64,000 bases of DNA from Octopus sinensis (GCF_006345805.1 NC_043014.1:28954001-29018000), one strand, 5' to 3'. Shown: positions 1 to 12,493, counted from the stretch's first letter. Translations and numbers: made by a program. The notes: a model not told the origin generated them from the sequence alone.

Positions 1-9
1 TTTTTTAAA

Positions 10-135
10 GACTGGTACTTTTTCTATCGGTCACTTTTTGGCGAACCGGTTGGCTACTGGGACGTATGCAAAGCAACATCAGTTATCGAATGGTGATGGG
101 GGACAAAAAACAGACACAAAGGTACAAATAAATAC
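10..135 (-). mobile_element. SINE family A, degenerate 3' part
   Basis: Matches the ctatcggtctcttttgccgaaccgctaagttacgggg...ggggacaaacacagac block of intact copies (48555-48975). Confidence 0.7.
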
Positions 136-158
136 ACACACACACAGACACACACATG

Positions 159-222
<64 letters not shown>

Positions 223-293
223 ATATATATGTATGTATATAGTGTGTGTATATATATGTATATAATATATACATATACATATGAAACATACAC

Positions 294-351
<58 letters not shown>

Positions 352-399
352 TATGTATGTATATATGTGTATGTATTCATCTATATATGGGTAGTAGAT

Positions 400-444
400 A
401 GATAGATATATAGATAGATAGAAAGATAGATAGATAGATAGATG

Positions 445-479
<35 letters not shown>

Positions 480-480
480 C

Positions 481-569
<89 letters not shown>

Positions 570-585
570 GTAGGTAGATAGATAG
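400..585. repeat. (AGAT)n tetranucleotide microsatellite (one of many TA, CA, AGAT, ACAT arrays in the window)
   Basis: Direct tandem repeat. Confidence 0.95.
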
Positions 586-1081
586 CAGTTGGGGATAATT
601 ATAAATGTTTGGTGAAATAACATCAAGTATCAAAATATCGCCAAAACTGATCAACTATTAAGAAATAAATCTTATCGGCTTAAGACAACAGAACAACTGT
701 GAATAAATGCATCTCACCCGAATACATATATAAGAAGCAGTGTTGTCCTAACATTTCTCGAGCAAATATAATACTTATACATATACATATACATTAAAAG
801 TAGAACTCGTTATGAAGTAGGTAATTTGTATTGAATTAAAACGAAAATTAACTATGAGAAATAAATCAAAATGGTTGGTGGCATGCATTTGAACAAGAAA
901 GAATAAATATATGAACATTAAATACATGACTAAATAAATTCTAAAGTTTGCCCTTATAATTCTTGCCTTCCCAGTTGCCAAGTTATTAATTCTCTTAGCG
1001 CATTTTCTTTGAAAATATGCGAGTTTTCTACCTTATAATATATGTGTATAAATATGTATGTGTGTAGAGTGTTTGAGTAGG

Positions 1082-1126
<45 letters not shown>

Positions 1127-1454
1127 TGTGTGTGTGCGTGTGTGTGCGTGCGTGCGAATGTTGTGTAGTTGTGAAGTCCGCTGGAAACAGGTGGTACAAC
1201 TCGTGTGGTGACTACCTAATTGGGACACAAATATGTGTTTCCAATTGTGCTGTAGTTTGAATTTCTTTTTCAAGAAAGAGCATGTCACATTTAGAGAGGT
1301 CTTCATATTTGTAATAGTTTCTCCTCATTTGGAACCTGTCCTATTTGCCTTCTCCTCCAGAAATATTTTCAAATGACCCCAAATTTATCTGTATGGTATT
1401 TAACATGACATATATATATATATGACTTATATATACGACTTTAACATGTCTTAT

Positions 1455-1700
1455 ATATCGCTGGTCACAATGCGCTTCGCATTGTTTTAGCCTTCAAATG
1501 AAGCCATCCCGCTGGCTAAGTGAGCAGGCCAACAGAAGAAAGAATGAGAGAAAGTTGTGGCGAAAGAGTACAGCAGGGATCGCCACCACCCTGGGATCCC
1601 CTGCCGGAGCTTTAGGTGTTTTTCGCTCAATAAAAACTCACAACGCCTGGTCTGGGAATCGAAACAGCGATCCTACGACCGCGAGTCCGCTACCCTAACC
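1455..1700 (-). mobile_element. tRNA-derived SINE, head C plus tail 3
   Basis: Head/body matches 57312-57500; tail gttggcctgctcacttagccagcggg...gcgcattgtgaccagcga matches 20826-20945. Confidence 0.8.
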
Positions 1701-2073
1701 TTGGGCTGATGTAATCGATTTACATCCATCCCGAAATTTCTGGTCTTGTGCAAAATATGAAGCCAGAATTTAGAAGCAACTAGCAATGCACCTACAGCCA
1801 CACTGTATTATTTGTCCCTTTCTTATGGCCAGAATCGGCACACAAGGTGTATGAAGCAAACAGCTGTTCTTTATAAACATGTTTTTCAATCATTTTCTGA
1901 TGAACAACGCTGCAGTTTCCGTCAACCAAATTCAATCCCAAGTCTGTGGTTGGCCTAGTGCTATAGTAGAGAACACTTGCCCAAGGTACCATGCAGAGAG
2001 ACTGAAGGTAGAACCATGTGGTTGGGAAGCAAATTTCTGAAGCATACAGTCATTCTTGCACCTAATGTGTGTG

Positions 2074-2138
<65 letters not shown>

Positions 2139-2339
2139 GTTACATTTGTTGTTAAATCGAGTATTGTGTCCCACTATGTCACAAAGCAGTTCATCCAGCA
2201 GAGATCTATAAAATAGATATCAGATTGATATCTATTTTTTTAAAGTGATATCCCATCATGGTGACAGTCGAATCCACAAGGAACATACGCACACACACAC
2301 ACACATACAGACAGACTCTGTTTTATATATTAAGATAAG

Positions 2340-2975
2340 GCTGTGAATTAGCAGAATCGCTAGCAGGTTGAACAAAATGCTTAGCAGCAGTTCGTCCGTC
2401 AGTACGTTCTGAGATCAAATTCTGCCAAAGTCGACCTTGCCTTTCAACCATTCGGTCCTGATAAAATACGCACCAGTTGAACTTAGGGGTCGATGTAATT
2501 GACTTACCTCTTGCGCGAAGTCGCTGGCCTATTGGCAGATTCTGAAATCAATTTTTAAAGGCATTAAGACGGGTGAGCTGGCAGAATCTTTAACACACAT
2601 GGCAAACATTCTTAACACCACTTCATCCGTGTTTAAGTTCTGAGCTCAAATTTTGCTGGGTTCGACTTTGTAGTTCATCCTTTAGTGGTAGTTAGACACC
2701 GAGATCGATGTGATCGTCTTAACCCTCCCCCGAAATTGCTAGCCTTGTGAAAAAATTTGAGAAAAAGGCTGGGAACTGGCAGAATGGTTACAGCGTCAGA
2801 AAAGTGCTTAGCAGCTTTTCTTCCGACTTTACCTTCTGAGTTCCAATGCCATCGAGGTGGACTTTGCCTCTCATCCTTTCGGGGTCGATAAAATAAGTAC
2901 AAGGTCGTTGTAATCGACTTATCATCCCCTTTCGAGAAATTGCTGTCCTAGTCCCAAAATTTGAAACCAATATTT
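2340..2975 (+). mobile_element. Three tandem SINE family B copies
   Basis: Three repeats of gagctggcagaa...gagttcaaat...gtcgactttgcctttcatcctttcggggtcgataaa at about 2340, 2570 and 2770; A/B-box-like head. Confidence 0.85.
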
Positions 2976-3162
2976 AAATGCAATTTTGAGAATAACAACG
3001 GAACACTTACCGATACTGGGATTCGAAACGAAATTTAAAACTGCTAACTGTCTTTTATGTTTCCTTTGGCATCTTTTTGAACCTTTTCAGGAAGTGAAAT
3101 TTAATTTATAGTTACCACGTATTATACGGTGCAGATTTCACACACACACACACACACACATA

Positions 3163-3386
3163 CAGTAATCCCTCGACTATCGTCGGTCTTACGTTCCAAA
3201 CCCTTTCCCCCGCGATAGATGAAAATCCGCGAAGTAGTAACAGTACTGTACTGTATATTTTTTTGTATCTTTATAATTTGTATATATTTTTTTTATTATA
3301 AGTGCAAAAGAACACCACGGAGGAATCGAAGTAAGCTTAAAGAATAAACTGCGATAGGTGAACCGCGATATGGCGAGGGATTACTG
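3163..3386. mobile_element. Tc1/mariner-pogo (Tigger-like) MITE
   Basis: TIRs CAGTAATCCCTCG / CGAGGGATTACTG flanked by TA on both sides. Confidence 0.85.
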
Positions 3387-3404
3387 TATATATTTATATT
3401 TATA

Positions 3405-3780
3405 TCTTTGACAGGTATACAGACAGAAGAACAGGGCGCCTCTGCATAGTACCAAAATTCCAACATTGCCATCAAGATACAGGACCAGATACTGCAACAA
3501 CTTGGGTTATAAGGGCCCACAACTATCATCAATATCCTCCCACAAAGCCTGAGAGACCTACATGGGGTGAATATAGTAATCTTCAAACATAAAACTGGAC
3601 CTCCTCCTGTCAAGAGTTCCAGATGAGCCTATCTAGCGGCAAGAAACGCAAATGAGGACACAACAGCAAAATCCCTCATTCAGCAAATACCACACATCAG
3701 AGGAGGTTTAGTGAAAGGGTAGCAAAGGAAATGGAGGTGCCCCAGCATGGCTGCAGCTACCTTGAAATACTAAAGAGTAA
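3405..3780 (+). mobile_element. CR1/L2-like LINE, decayed ORF2 C-terminus and 3' tail
   Basis: Frameshifted translation RTGRLCIVPK..TLPSRYRTRYCNNLGYKGPQL.NILPQSLRDLHGVNIVIFKHKLDLLLSRVPDEP resembles the CR1-group ORF2 end (GP.LFN.LP..LR...FK..LD.FL..VPDEP). Confidence 0.75.
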
Positions 3781-3909
3781 ATTTATTCAATAAAATCGCC
3801 TTTGGCTTCGACCACGGACTCCAGACAAATTCTGAACCTCCTGCAAATCTTGTTTCTTCTACCAGAACAGGACAGTGAGAACAAAACGGCGAGGGCTGTT
3901 CAGCCATGG

Positions 3910-4045
3910 CGATAGAAAAATTATTATGAACGCTAGGAAGACGAGCTTATGAAAGGAGCTCATTGCCTTCCTAAAGACAAAACGTGCTTATACTGTCTCC
4001 TTTCATAAGCTCGTCTTCTTAGCGTTCATAATACTTTTTCTATCG
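3910..4045. mobile_element. Short hairpin element (MITE-like), 49-bp arms
   Basis: cgatagaaaaattattatgaacgctaggaagacgagcttatgaaaggag is inverted at 3997-4045 with about 2 mismatches. Confidence 0.7.
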
Positions 4046-4129
4046 TCTTGACTTACCGTTTGTTTTTACTGTTTTGTTCTCACTGTCCTGTTTTTACTGT
4101 TTTGTTCTCACTGTCCTGTTCATGTTACC

Positions 4130-4402
4130 ACTTTCACCCTCCGCAAAAAATCCCAAATTTTATTTAATTTGCTTTGCGGGAAGGACTGTTTCAACGAAGT
4201 CGCGTAATGTCCTTGCCTTCGAACGTGGAGTAGATGAAACAGGGGCAACTGAAGAAAGGGAATGTTCTCTTTGTTGCATGTCTCGTTTCTCCATTTGTTT
4301 TTTTTTTCGTTGTTTCAAAAAACGTTCGTCTCTATGCTTTTGTTTTTATGTTTTTGTTTCGCATTGTGTTCAACGTTTTCCTTTTTTGATGTCCTGTACC
4401 CA

Positions 4403-4496
<94 letters not shown>

Positions 4497-4591
4497 GGTA
4501 TGTACATATATGTATGTATATATGCATATATTTATATATTATTTATATTATTATACGATCGAACGCCACGCATCCTTTTCCAAGTAAGTTT

Positions 4592-4600
<9 letters not shown>
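4130..4600 (+). mobile_element. Penelope-like terminal-repeat remnant (gatgtcctgtacccatatatg family)
   Basis: Blocks shared with 23690-24570, 39700-39960 and 47120-47290; PLE assignment is inference. Confidence 0.55.
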
Positions 4601-4628
<28 letters not shown>

Positions 4629-4629
4629 A

Positions 4630-4950
4630 TGGAGCACTCCGTCGGTTACGATGACACGGGTCCCAGATAATACGATCAACGGAATAGCTTGCTCATAAAA
4701 TTAACGTGTAAGTGGGTGAGCACTCCACAGACACGTGTACCCTTAACGTAATTCTCAGTGAGATTCACCAAGACACAGAGTGTGACAAGGCTGGCCCTTT
4801 GAAATACAGGTACTAACCATTTTTGCCAGTTGAATGGACTGGAGCAACGTGAAATAAAGTGTCTTGCTCAAGGACACAACGCGTCGACGGGAATTGAACT
4901 CAAGACCTTACGATCGTGAGTGGAATGCCGTAACCACTTAGCCACTCTCC
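4630..4950 (-). mobile_element. tRNA-derived SINE, head D (CORE-like) plus tail 2
   Basis: Reverse strand tggctaagtggtta...gagttcaattcc head, gtccttgagcaagacacttta CORE-like block, tail identical in kind to 57500-57695. Confidence 0.85.
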
Positions 4951-5019
4951 TTATACAGATAGATAAATGTGTATATATGTAATACCCAAAACAGTCACAC
5001 CTTTTCCCCTTTTCACTCA

Positions 5020-5913
5020 TGGCATGGTGTAGTTCAAGCCTATCATTTCCAAGGCCTTCCGTATTAGTCTTCTGTGTGGCCCATTAGGTTACCATAGTCT
5101 ATGGACGCCACGAACTTCTCTGTTGCCTCAGAAACTATCCAATTTCTTTCAGTCCATATCTCTGAAGAGAATGAATGTATGTTGGATTAAATAGTTAACA
5201 TCATTTTGTCCATATCGAAGTTCATCCATCTTTAAGTACGGTCCTCACTTTGCTATCTTTGCACTGCTCAATTACTGATGGGATTAGCATCTCTAATAGA
5301 GATGATAAGCGAGGCAATGTAACACACGTAAAAGAGAAACAGAAGGAAGTGAGAAAAGGATCCCAGCCCCTAACAAATATCGATGTTACCTTTCCTTTTA
5401 ATTGTCGCAACTCGTGTCACTGTAACGTCATACAACTTCAGTGACCACTACAATTTGGGGTACAAAGCAAATTATAAATACCAGGGTTTGAACCTACAAG
5501 GCAGAAAGTTTCATCGGTCAATAAGAGGCCATCTTTTTTCTAAATTTTGATTTCCTCAATGATATCGTTAAGCAATCCACATTACAGTTTCCAGCTGTCT
5601 GCAATGCACGATTGATGCAGCCATTAGCTATCAACAATATTATAACCCATCTGGCAACAATGACAAGGAATATTTTCCCACCTACTTTTAAATAGAGAAA
5701 TTGGCCTGAATTAAAGAGTTGATAAGTTCTGTCCTTTGGAAATGTAGACACCTTCTGCTCAAGTTCATCGGCTCATAGTCACCAGCTCTTTCCAAATTGT
5801 TCGGAGAATGAAAAATAATTTGTTGGTCAGAGTGGAACACTTTCTGTAGAATTTGTAAGGCACACCATCTTGTTCTGATACATTCTTCAATCGTGTACTT
5901 TTGATAAGGTCCC

Positions 5914-5915
<2 letters not shown>
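5020..5915 (-). mobile_element. Hero-clade (R2 superfamily) non-LTR retrotransposon, decayed RT and post-RT fragments
   Basis: Translation DGVPYKFYRKC..LFFILRTIWKE...AEGVYISK.QN..TL.FRPISL..VGGKIF.VIVAR...NGCI...Q.AG, and at 5020-5290 SVIEQCKDSKVR...RNWIVSEA...LMGH...EGLG; matches remembered Hero motifs. Confidence 0.7.
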
Positions 5916-5959
<44 letters not shown>

Positions 5960-6494
5960 GGAAGTGACATAGGTAATTATGCAAAGAGCTTCATTAGCTT
6001 ACAGCTGTTTCCGCTATAATGTGCAGTGCACTCAGAACTGAGTGCTTGTGCATACATACGCACAAACTGAAACTTGCGAGGAAATCTCACATTTCTTCAA
6101 GATGCGAACGCTACCTTAACAAACGTTTTGTACAAAATAATAAAGATAGTAAAGGCGTATGCAGGAAATTACGTGTCGCTTACCACCTTAGTTATATAGG
6201 GACGATCTTGGCCAAATATTGTCTACTTCTTCGTGATAATATAAGGTCATGTTTTTAAATGGCGTGGGTGCATTTTTCAGTCAGTGGTGGAGCAAGGATG
6301 GGTAATATAACTGATCCTACTCTGTTTAATAGATATTTCATAAATTGTTCAGATGCTCTCTACGATCGCTGTGAAAATATTTATGTATGTTACCGCACAA
6401 CTGGTAAATAATTGAATCGTAGACATCTTAATTATAGATCACTCTTATTTGTATTTCTGAGAGGAGGCCTCTCGTGTGCAATTGACTGTAATAT

Positions 6495-6710
6495 CGCTTT
6501 CAAATTTTGGCACAAGGCCAGCAATTTCGGGGTCGGGGTAAAACGATTACACCGACAGCAGTGCTTAAATGGTACTTATTTAATTGATCCCAAAAGGTGA
6601 AAAGCAAAATTGGCCTCGGTACAATTTGAACTCAGAGCATAAAGAAAAGCGAAACGCCACTAAGTATTTCGCCTGGCGTGCTTACGATTCTGCCAGCTTG
6701 CTGCCAGACT
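6495..6710 (-). mobile_element. SINE family B
   Basis: Matches reverse complement of 29190-29420. Confidence 0.8.
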
Positions 6711-7117
6711 GCCGAGTGTAATATCGACGGACATAATGGAAAAGATCTTGAAACTCATACCGATAAAACGACGCGTAACATATTAGGCTTCATAGTAAAT
6801 CTTGATAAAATGGATATTATTTATGAGCACAGCTCTAGAAAGTCTCGTGTGTCTCCTAAAATACCAGTATATCTTAAAGCTACGGAAAACATATTTTTCT
6901 GTAAATATTTAACGACCGTATATGAAACAGACAGACAAATCTTGATGATCAAAAAGCAGATAGATGAACATTTGTTAAGTAAATTGCAACGAAATATGGA
7001 CAATAACAACAAAATATTCAGTTCAAAACAGGCATTGTGCCTATTTTGTTGTAGGGCAGAGAAACATGGACATTTTATTGAAGACATGTTAAACACTTCG
7101 ACTGTTTTCATCTGAAG

Positions 7118-7151
7118 TAACTTTGACAAATTTTGCAAATGTCTGGAGAAA
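7118..7151 (+). CDS. Candidate exon, unknown protein ((V)TLTNFANVWR(K))
   Basis: gttttcatctgaag acceptor, AAA|gtaagc donor, open frame, phase compatible with 8575. Confidence 0.2.
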
Positions 7152-7379
7152 GTAAGCGAGTATTGTTGAGGTCTAAAAATTAGCGAAAGTTTAAATCATA
7201 GAAGCTCTCTTGTGAGTTGGCAAGCTGAGATGTGCAGCCATATATTTTGTATGGAAAATTAGTGAATTCCAAAGCGTCTAGACTTTACAGATCTATGTTC
7301 TGGGGAAAACCTTTCATCATGCACCGAATAACTTCTGGAAGAAGTTAATATTCTTAAAGAAGGAAAATATTTGAAATTG

Positions 7380-7765
7380 TAGGCGCAGATGTGGTTGTGT
7401 AGATAAGCTTCCTTCTCAAGCACATGGTTCCAGGTTCAGTTCAACTGCATGGCTGTCGGGGCATATGTCTGCTGCTACAGCTTCGGGCCTACCAAAGCCT
7501 TGAGAGTGGATTTGGTAGACGGAAACTGAAAGAAGCCTGTTGTATACACACTCGCGCGCGTCTTCGTGTTTGTGTTTTCCTCCACCATCGCTTGACAACT
7601 GATGCTGTTGTATTTACGCCCTCGTATTGTAGTGTGGTTCGGCAAATGAAATCGACAGAATAAGTATCCGGCTTAAAAAAGTAAGTACTGGGGTCGATTC
7701 ATTCGGCTAGAATTCAAGGCGGTGCCCCAGCATGGCCGCAGTCTAATCACTGGAACAAGTAAAAA
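7380..7765 (+). mobile_element. SINE family A, full length
   Basis: tRNA-like head (ggcgcag..tggttgtgt..ggttcagttc), body, and tail ggcggtgccccagcatggccgcag. Confidence 0.85.
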
Positions 7766-7918
7766 CAAATTAAAAAAAGCATCATAAAGAAAAAAACACT
7801 CATATATGTGAAAGTATACATATCTATGCATTTTAAAGAGAATCGCAGTGAACGCGGAAACATATATAATGAAACAGACACAACATACTCTTTCTGTGAT
7901 TTTGAGGCGGGGTCAGCG

Positions 7919-7977
<59 letters not shown>

Positions 7978-8574
7978 TGCATAGCTGTCACTCGCAAGCT
8001 AGCCTCACTTGATAACATGCATACTTCTTTCGTTAGTTATCATATGTGCCTATGTAGTCGCGAGCAAACATAAACACACCCTCGAAGAAAACTAACCCTG
8101 GATGTAAGAACTTAATTTTTGGAACAAATAAGAATACTTCATGGTCTTGACAACTTCGATAACCACAATGGCTTACACAACAGTAGAATTAAAAAAAGAA
8201 GAGAAGGACTTAGATGTATGCGTAGCATACACAACTCAGCGAGAGAACTCGGAAAGAGCATCTAATTTTTGTAGGCCTGAGATTGTAGCATGATGCTAAG
8301 TAGAAAGCCTTTCTGTTGGATGTAGTTTAGTATAAAAAGCAGCTCTTACAGAAGATTTGCAGATGGTCGACAACTAATTAGGTTTAGATACATTCTCGCT
8401 CCAAGAACAAGGTTAACAATCTAGGATGGCAGAAAAATCATCCAAAATCTTGACACCTAACATTTCTATAACGTTGTCCAAGACTAGTGAAGCTGAGGTT
8501 CACAATTGCTTTCTGAATATGACTGGGGATATTTTATTAGCAAAATATACAAAATTGTTTCGATTCCTCTGAAG

Positions 8575-8616
8575 GATGTTTTCGTGGCCTGGCTACATTG
8601 AGTCAATGAGAGCCTG
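8575..8616 (+). CDS. Candidate exon, unknown protein (MFSWPGYIESMRA)
   Basis: cgattcctctgaag acceptor, CTG|gtgagc donor, single open frame, phase 2 to 2. Confidence 0.25.
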
Positions 8617-8963
8617 GTGAGCAGTTTTCATGTCACATATGGGTGACGTCTAGGTACAGAAAAAGACGGAAGAATCAGTTGGTTGGAGGAATGCTGCGAC
8701 CCAGTTTGGCTGATATGAGAGCATCGAAAATGTGCAGGAGGCTGAAGACGTTTTGCAGATTGAGAATACGCGACCGTAGCCATCGACGTGAAAAACAGAT
8801 AAAAGCAACGTATGATTCTGTATGATATATAGATGGTCCGATTGTAAATCATTATCACTAAGGCATCATTTTGTTTCTTCTCCTACGATCGTTCTTGTAT
8901 ATGCACTGAGAATGTATGTATGTATGTATGTAGTATGTATGTATGTATATATGTATGTATATA

Positions 8964-9001
<38 letters not shown>

Positions 9002-9129
9002 ATATATATAACCACGTGTGTATATAAACACACTTACATTTGTGTTTTAGAAGCGTCGAATGTGTATCGTACGATACAAGCAAAATAGTGATATTTCGAA
9101 CGCAGTATCGCCATTACAACAGCAGAAAA

Positions 9130-9325
<196 letters not shown>

Positions 9326-10251
9326 TAATTTCATTTGGGTGCTAACACTGGCGTTTATTCTATTAAGCTCAACCGCGCGTCCAGGTTCTCAGGTAGACAT
9401 TAGCAACCGGTGATTGCTTGTTTTAGAAAATACATGCTTGAGAGTCCACAAATATCTACAGCTTTTACAATTATAAGCAAGTCATTTTGTTACATCAATT
9501 TACAATCGTTTCAGCTGAATCCGATCTCATGAATATTGCTATATTATGTAATAACTTATGCTGCTATTGATTCTTGTGGTGTTATTGACACGTATCGAAA
9601 TTCGACTCTTCAGAATTGTGTATAAAAACAATTTGCTGTTGATTTTTTAATAATCAATAATATATATAATGTAAATTAGACATATAACAAACTGAAAAGA
9701 ACATAAGAAACTCAGGCTTGAATTAACCAGTCAAGACACGGGTGAATCGAAATTAAAATAGAAAAAATAAAAATCAGGAAAGAAAACGGAATATATTTGT
9801 TTTTAGACAGTATAATAAAGTATAGACTCGTTAACAGTTTCTATCTCAAAAGCTATTTTAATACAATATTCTTCAAAAGTTTTGTTTAAACGCTTTGGAA
9901 GTATAGTTATTCTATCAGCTATATAGATAGGGAATTGCAGACATATATTTATAGTGTTATCACAGGAAAATCTTTTTGTCAGCTACATTATAAGAGACAG
10001 TCAGATATTGAATTTACAAGGGTCATGGGATCGTTTATCAGAGAATTCAAAGATCACACGCACACGAATATTTACATGCGCAAACACAGACAGATAACGA
10101 TGTCACAGATGCTACTAACCCTTTATATCGTATATCTTATTTACCAAAATGAAAAAGAAAATTCCAAAATTTCTATACACACAGACATTAAATGATAATG
10201 ACTGTGCTTTTATACATAGAGATGAAAAATTGAAAAATTCTCCCCTCTTAC

Positions 10252-10295
10252 TTTCAGTCCAATTGACTCAGTCAAATTTTCAAACACAGGATATT
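10252..10295 (-). CDS. Candidate exon, unknown protein ((E)YPVFENLTESIGLK)
   Basis: tttatttatttataacag acceptor, AAA|gtaaga donor, one open frame. Confidence 0.3.
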
Positions 10296-10529
10296 CTGTT
10301 ATAAATAAATAAACGTAGATATACTGGTAACCACAGTGGACACTCTCATGAATACATACAAAATTTAAAAGATCGTATTATTTCAAAGAAATACTTTCTA
10401 ATCACATATATGCACTCCTGAGATATATTGCTGTGGAGGTCCATTTAGAAGTTTTCCCAAAATGGGTTTCAAGCGATAATCTTTCCAAAGTGGGTTCCAG
10501 ACAGTAACTGGAGTGATAATTCTCTAATA

Positions 10530-10900
10530 ATTTATTTTGAAAGTTTTTCTAAACTTATGGTAGCACCTTATAATAAGGTCAGAGTGTATATTAATCCTTA
10601 GATAATAAAATCAAAATAACTCTTCTAAACAAAGATTAGAATTCCTGTCATACAGATATACAGATCTTGCCACAAACCAGAAAGTGTTTTATTGAATTTC
10701 CCTTCCTGGCAAATGCCAGATAAGGTTAGCCAAATAAGTATTACATCTCTTGTTTATATCCCGAAATGACGCAACATAAGCATGCCAACAATTTTTGAAA
10801 AAGGCTGCTGTTGCACCTACATATTTGTATTCGTATCCTTCAGTCCAGATCGAGCATTTATATAAAATATTTTTTACGGAGAGAGGCACTTTTATTATCT
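10530..10900 (-). mobile_element. GIY-YIG endonuclease fragment of a Penelope-like element
   Basis: KNILYKCSIWTEGYEYKYVGATAAFFKNCWHAYVASFRDINKRCNTYLANLIW...NLCLEE...RCYHK: GIY-YIG-like N-terminus plus the C.LC..E/CRH tail typical of PLE endonucleases; internal stops. Confidence 0.7.
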
Positions 10901-11030
10901 CTGAAATTACATCTTTTAACATTATTAATATTATAACCGCCACTACCGTTACTAACTATTTTCTGAGAATTACTCATATTACTACTGTTACTACTATTAT
11001 AATATAAGCGAACTCCAGGTTACTTAAAAT

Positions 11031-11250
11031 AAGCATAAGCGAAGTTTTGTTTGGATAAAGTATGCTTGTGACATATTTCAACTGCTAAAGGCAAATTCAC
11101 TGCAGTTGCCGTGGGCAGATATGGTGTTTTTACACCTTTTATCATAAGAGAACTTTTTTTTCTTCCTGTTAATCGCAGTTAATTTGCCTTTAAAAGATGA
11201 AATATGTCACAAACATATTTTAACTAACCGAAAGTTCGCTTATGCCTTAA
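11031..11250. mobile_element. Degenerate MITE with about 75-bp inverted arms
   Basis: aagcataagcgaag...tgtgacatatttca..taaaggcaaatt..ctgc versus gcagttaatttgccttta...tgaaatatgtcaca...gttcgcttatgcctt. Confidence 0.6.
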
Positions 11251-11498
11251 AACTATTTAGCGCTGATATTGCTGAATATGTGTGTATGTGTGCGTGCGTA
11301 TGTGTGTGTGAGAAAGAGTGTGTGTGTGGAGAGAAAGATAGATGAGAGAGATGCATACGCATACGTCTTCAATTTTTTTCTGTTTGCATATTACGCCGTT
11401 TCTGTTACACTTCACTCCCCTAACTCATGCTCTCAACTCCTATGTGTATATATATATGATGTCTGTATATATATATATATATATATATCTGATGTCTT

Positions 11499-11530
<32 letters not shown>

Positions 11531-11570
11531 ATATTATATAATATATATATATATACACATATATATATAT

Positions 11571-11634
<64 letters not shown>

Positions 11635-12409
11635 ATGTATGTATATATGTATGTATATGTATGATATATGTATATATATATATGTCTGTGTATATATATA
11701 TATACATATATAATATATATAGGTATATATACATATATATATATATAGGTATACACACACACATACACATATATATATATGATGCTGTTTGTTAACGCCC
11801 AGTGACAAAGCGTCCTTTTAGAATCATCATGTGTGGTCGACTGTTGCGTCCTCTATCTTCAACAACTTTCGAACAGACAACCTCACATCTTTAAATAATC
11901 CTATCTGGAGAAGCATATGATATCATTTTATTTTATATGATGACATTGCACGTATCATATACATGCTATACATCCATCCATCCATCCATCTATACATACA
12001 CATACGCACACATATGCACGTATGTATATGGCACATGGATGCATCTATATATTTATATATATCATTTAGGCATAACGATGCTAATAACCTATTGTAAGGA
12101 TTTAATATACATATGCTTTAGAAAAAAGGTGTTAGTCGAGTATATAGGGTTAAAAGTCATAATATTAATGTCAAGGAAACAAGAAATAATGTAATGAACT
12201 TCAATACATAATTTCTATATGTGCAAGCGTTTCGGCCATGACCTCACAAAGTCAGCCATAACTTCGCGAAGCAAACGGTTTACTAGAAATTGTGCAGCCT
12301 AACAACAAAAACTGAGAATATAATTATACAAATATATTCTTTTTGACTGATTAGCAGTATTTCTTATGTTGACATCTTGTTTTGATTTAAACTCTTTTTT
12401 TCATCTTAG

Positions 12410-12481
12410 TTACCTATTGAGATTTTGCGATATTGTGATTTGCATGCAAGCTTTTTTCGATAAGCAGTACACTGCAAATAT
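12410..12481 (+). CDS. Candidate exon, unknown protein (YLLRFCDIVICMQAFFDKQYTAN)
   Basis: Strong acceptor ctcttttttt...catcttag and donor TAT|gtaagt; 72 nt, open, phase 2 to 2. Confidence 0.4.
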
Positions 12482-12493
12482 GTAAGTCGTCTA

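Noticed and set aside
38-654. ORFs such as YIYIYI, LSIY, THTH and CVCV here and throughout the track
   Set aside because: Translations of di- and tetranucleotide microsatellites, which lack stop codons by construction
1150-1375. Protein-like stretch DRFQMRRNYYKYEDLSKCDMLFLEKEIQ on the minus strand
   Set aside because: Stops on both sides and no recognisable family motif
8100-8300. Possible CR1 RT C-terminal motif (EEKDLDV)
   Set aside because: Single short motif, too degraded to support a call
12414-12471. Minus-strand exon candidate (CTAYRKKLACKSQYRKISI)
   Set aside because: Overlaps a better plus-strand candidate; it shows how easily splice-like signals arise by chance here
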